DNA from: Bacilli bacterium
Lineage (GTDB): Bacteria > Bacillota_I > Bacilli_A > ML615J-28 > CAG-698
Reading direction: 5' to 3'
DNA: 64,000 nucleotides
Assembly: GCA_050953045.1 (NCBI GenBank)
Contig: JBMNLY010000003.1
Coordinates: 42,340 to 106,339 of the forward strand
Under the pieces are notes generated by a model, which was given only the letters and a program-made list of their open reading frames with translations, did not search any database and was not told the origin of the DNA. Made by a program: the position numbers and the translations under genes. Every line of letters starts with the position of its first letter. Position 1 is the stretch's first letter. Positions 63,353 through 64,000 of this stretch are shown one piece after another.

Positions 63353-64000
63353 ATGAACGATTTTGTTAAATTATGCGAAGAACTAGATATTCCTGCACCG
63401 GTCGTAGAAATACTGTTAAAAACACAAATACCTTTTGATGAAACACAAACAAATTTTCTTATTAACCAATTGACAAATAAAGATCAATATAAAACTGCAT
63501 ATGAATGGCTAAAAGAATTTGATGGGTTTGTTCAACTGAAAGTTATGCTTATGGCTGGCACTAACCACAAAAAAACAATATGAACTTTTAGGAATCGAAC
63601 ACCATATTTTTGTTGACACCTTTAAATGCTTTTCAAGATTTATCAACGAACACAAAATTAGTTATGGCGAATATGGTTTTGATCGCGGTTTTTGGGTAGG
63701 GCGCCAACTTTCTTGTTTGATCTTCCGTCTAGGCGAACTGGAATATGAACTCAGTACCTTGGAAGATCAACCTGCAATTTCCATTCATATTCCATCAGAC
63801 TGTAACCTATCTCCAAGCAAGCTGGACGAATCCTTTGCTCTTGCTAAAACCTTTTTTTCAAAAATATTCAAAGAATATTCCAACGTACCATATTTTTGCT
63901 ATTGTTGGCTTCTCTCGCCAAATTTAAAACTTGTTTTACCTGCAACATCAAAAATCATTTTGTTCCAAAACAGATTTGATATAGTAAAATTAAACGAGGA
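63353..64000 (+). pseudogene. Acyltransferase-like (NAT_N/GNAT_C, DUF5596-type) protein, frameshifted in an A7 run; 3' end outside the window
   Basis: The 76-aa ORF stops at 63581. The neighbouring frame continues without stops to the window end (QYELLGIEHHIFVDTFKCFSRFINEHKISYGEYGFDRGFWVGRQLSCLIFRLGELEYE...). Deleting one A from 63569-63575 joins them. Confidence 0.6.

Noticed and set aside
63745-63927. 60-aa ORF near the window end.
   Set aside because: It is out of frame relative to the continuous acyltransferase-like reading frame, which runs from 63540 to the window end.
1-64000. A Mollicutes-type genetic code (UGA = Trp), given the Mollicutes-like envelope features.
   Set aside because: Trp in conserved motifs is encoded by TGG. 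TGA also acts as a genuine stop, for example at the GH43 end (20779-20781), which overlaps the GH3 start region. The standard code 11 therefore fits.

Overview
AT-rich bacterial chromosome segment (base composition judged by eye, not computed). It uses the standard genetic code: TGA ends GH43 at 20779, and TGG encodes Trp in conserved motifs. The source is probably a Bacillota- or Mollicutes-like degrader of plant polysaccharides. Every exported protein here is anchored by a lipobox Cys or a C-terminal TM helix, and I saw no LPXTG motif.

Gene order:
- lpdA (5' partial), lplA, a CBS protein, a MATE pump and one hypothetical gene.
- Two tandem serpin lipoproteins.
- A PL1 pectate lyase and a PL6 lyase flanking an intact IS1202-like element with a 29-bp target duplication.
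- A roughly 20-kb, 12-gene minus-strand cluster. It encodes a surface repeat protein, LplBC-type permeases, an SBP, DUF624, secreted GH5, cytosolic GH2/GH31/GH43/GH3/GH29 and a Nudix hydrolase.
- xylA-xylB-lacI lies just upstream. It is tied to the cluster by three identical promoter-operator modules (TTGACA-17-TAATAT/TATCAT-7-TGTGCACGAGCACA). Together these look like a xyloglucan-type utilisation regulon.
- A 1066-aa GLUG-repeat lipoprotein, a SatD/DUF3307 pair and a fused ABC ATPase/FtsX permease.
- A very AT-rich island holding a dGTPase-like HD protein and small membrane or zinc-ribbon genes.
- A decaying LacI/ABC/ADP-ribosylglycohydrolase locus, a solo 174-bp IS end, nagB, an AraC regulator and a partial acyltransferase-like gene.

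The most novel candidate is a ~165-aa module with no family I can name. It occurs four times in the 763-aa surface protein and once at the GH5 C-terminus.

At least five genes are broken by 1-nt indels in A/T homopolymers. This may reflect sequencing error rather than biology. I found no rRNA, tRNA or CRISPR array.
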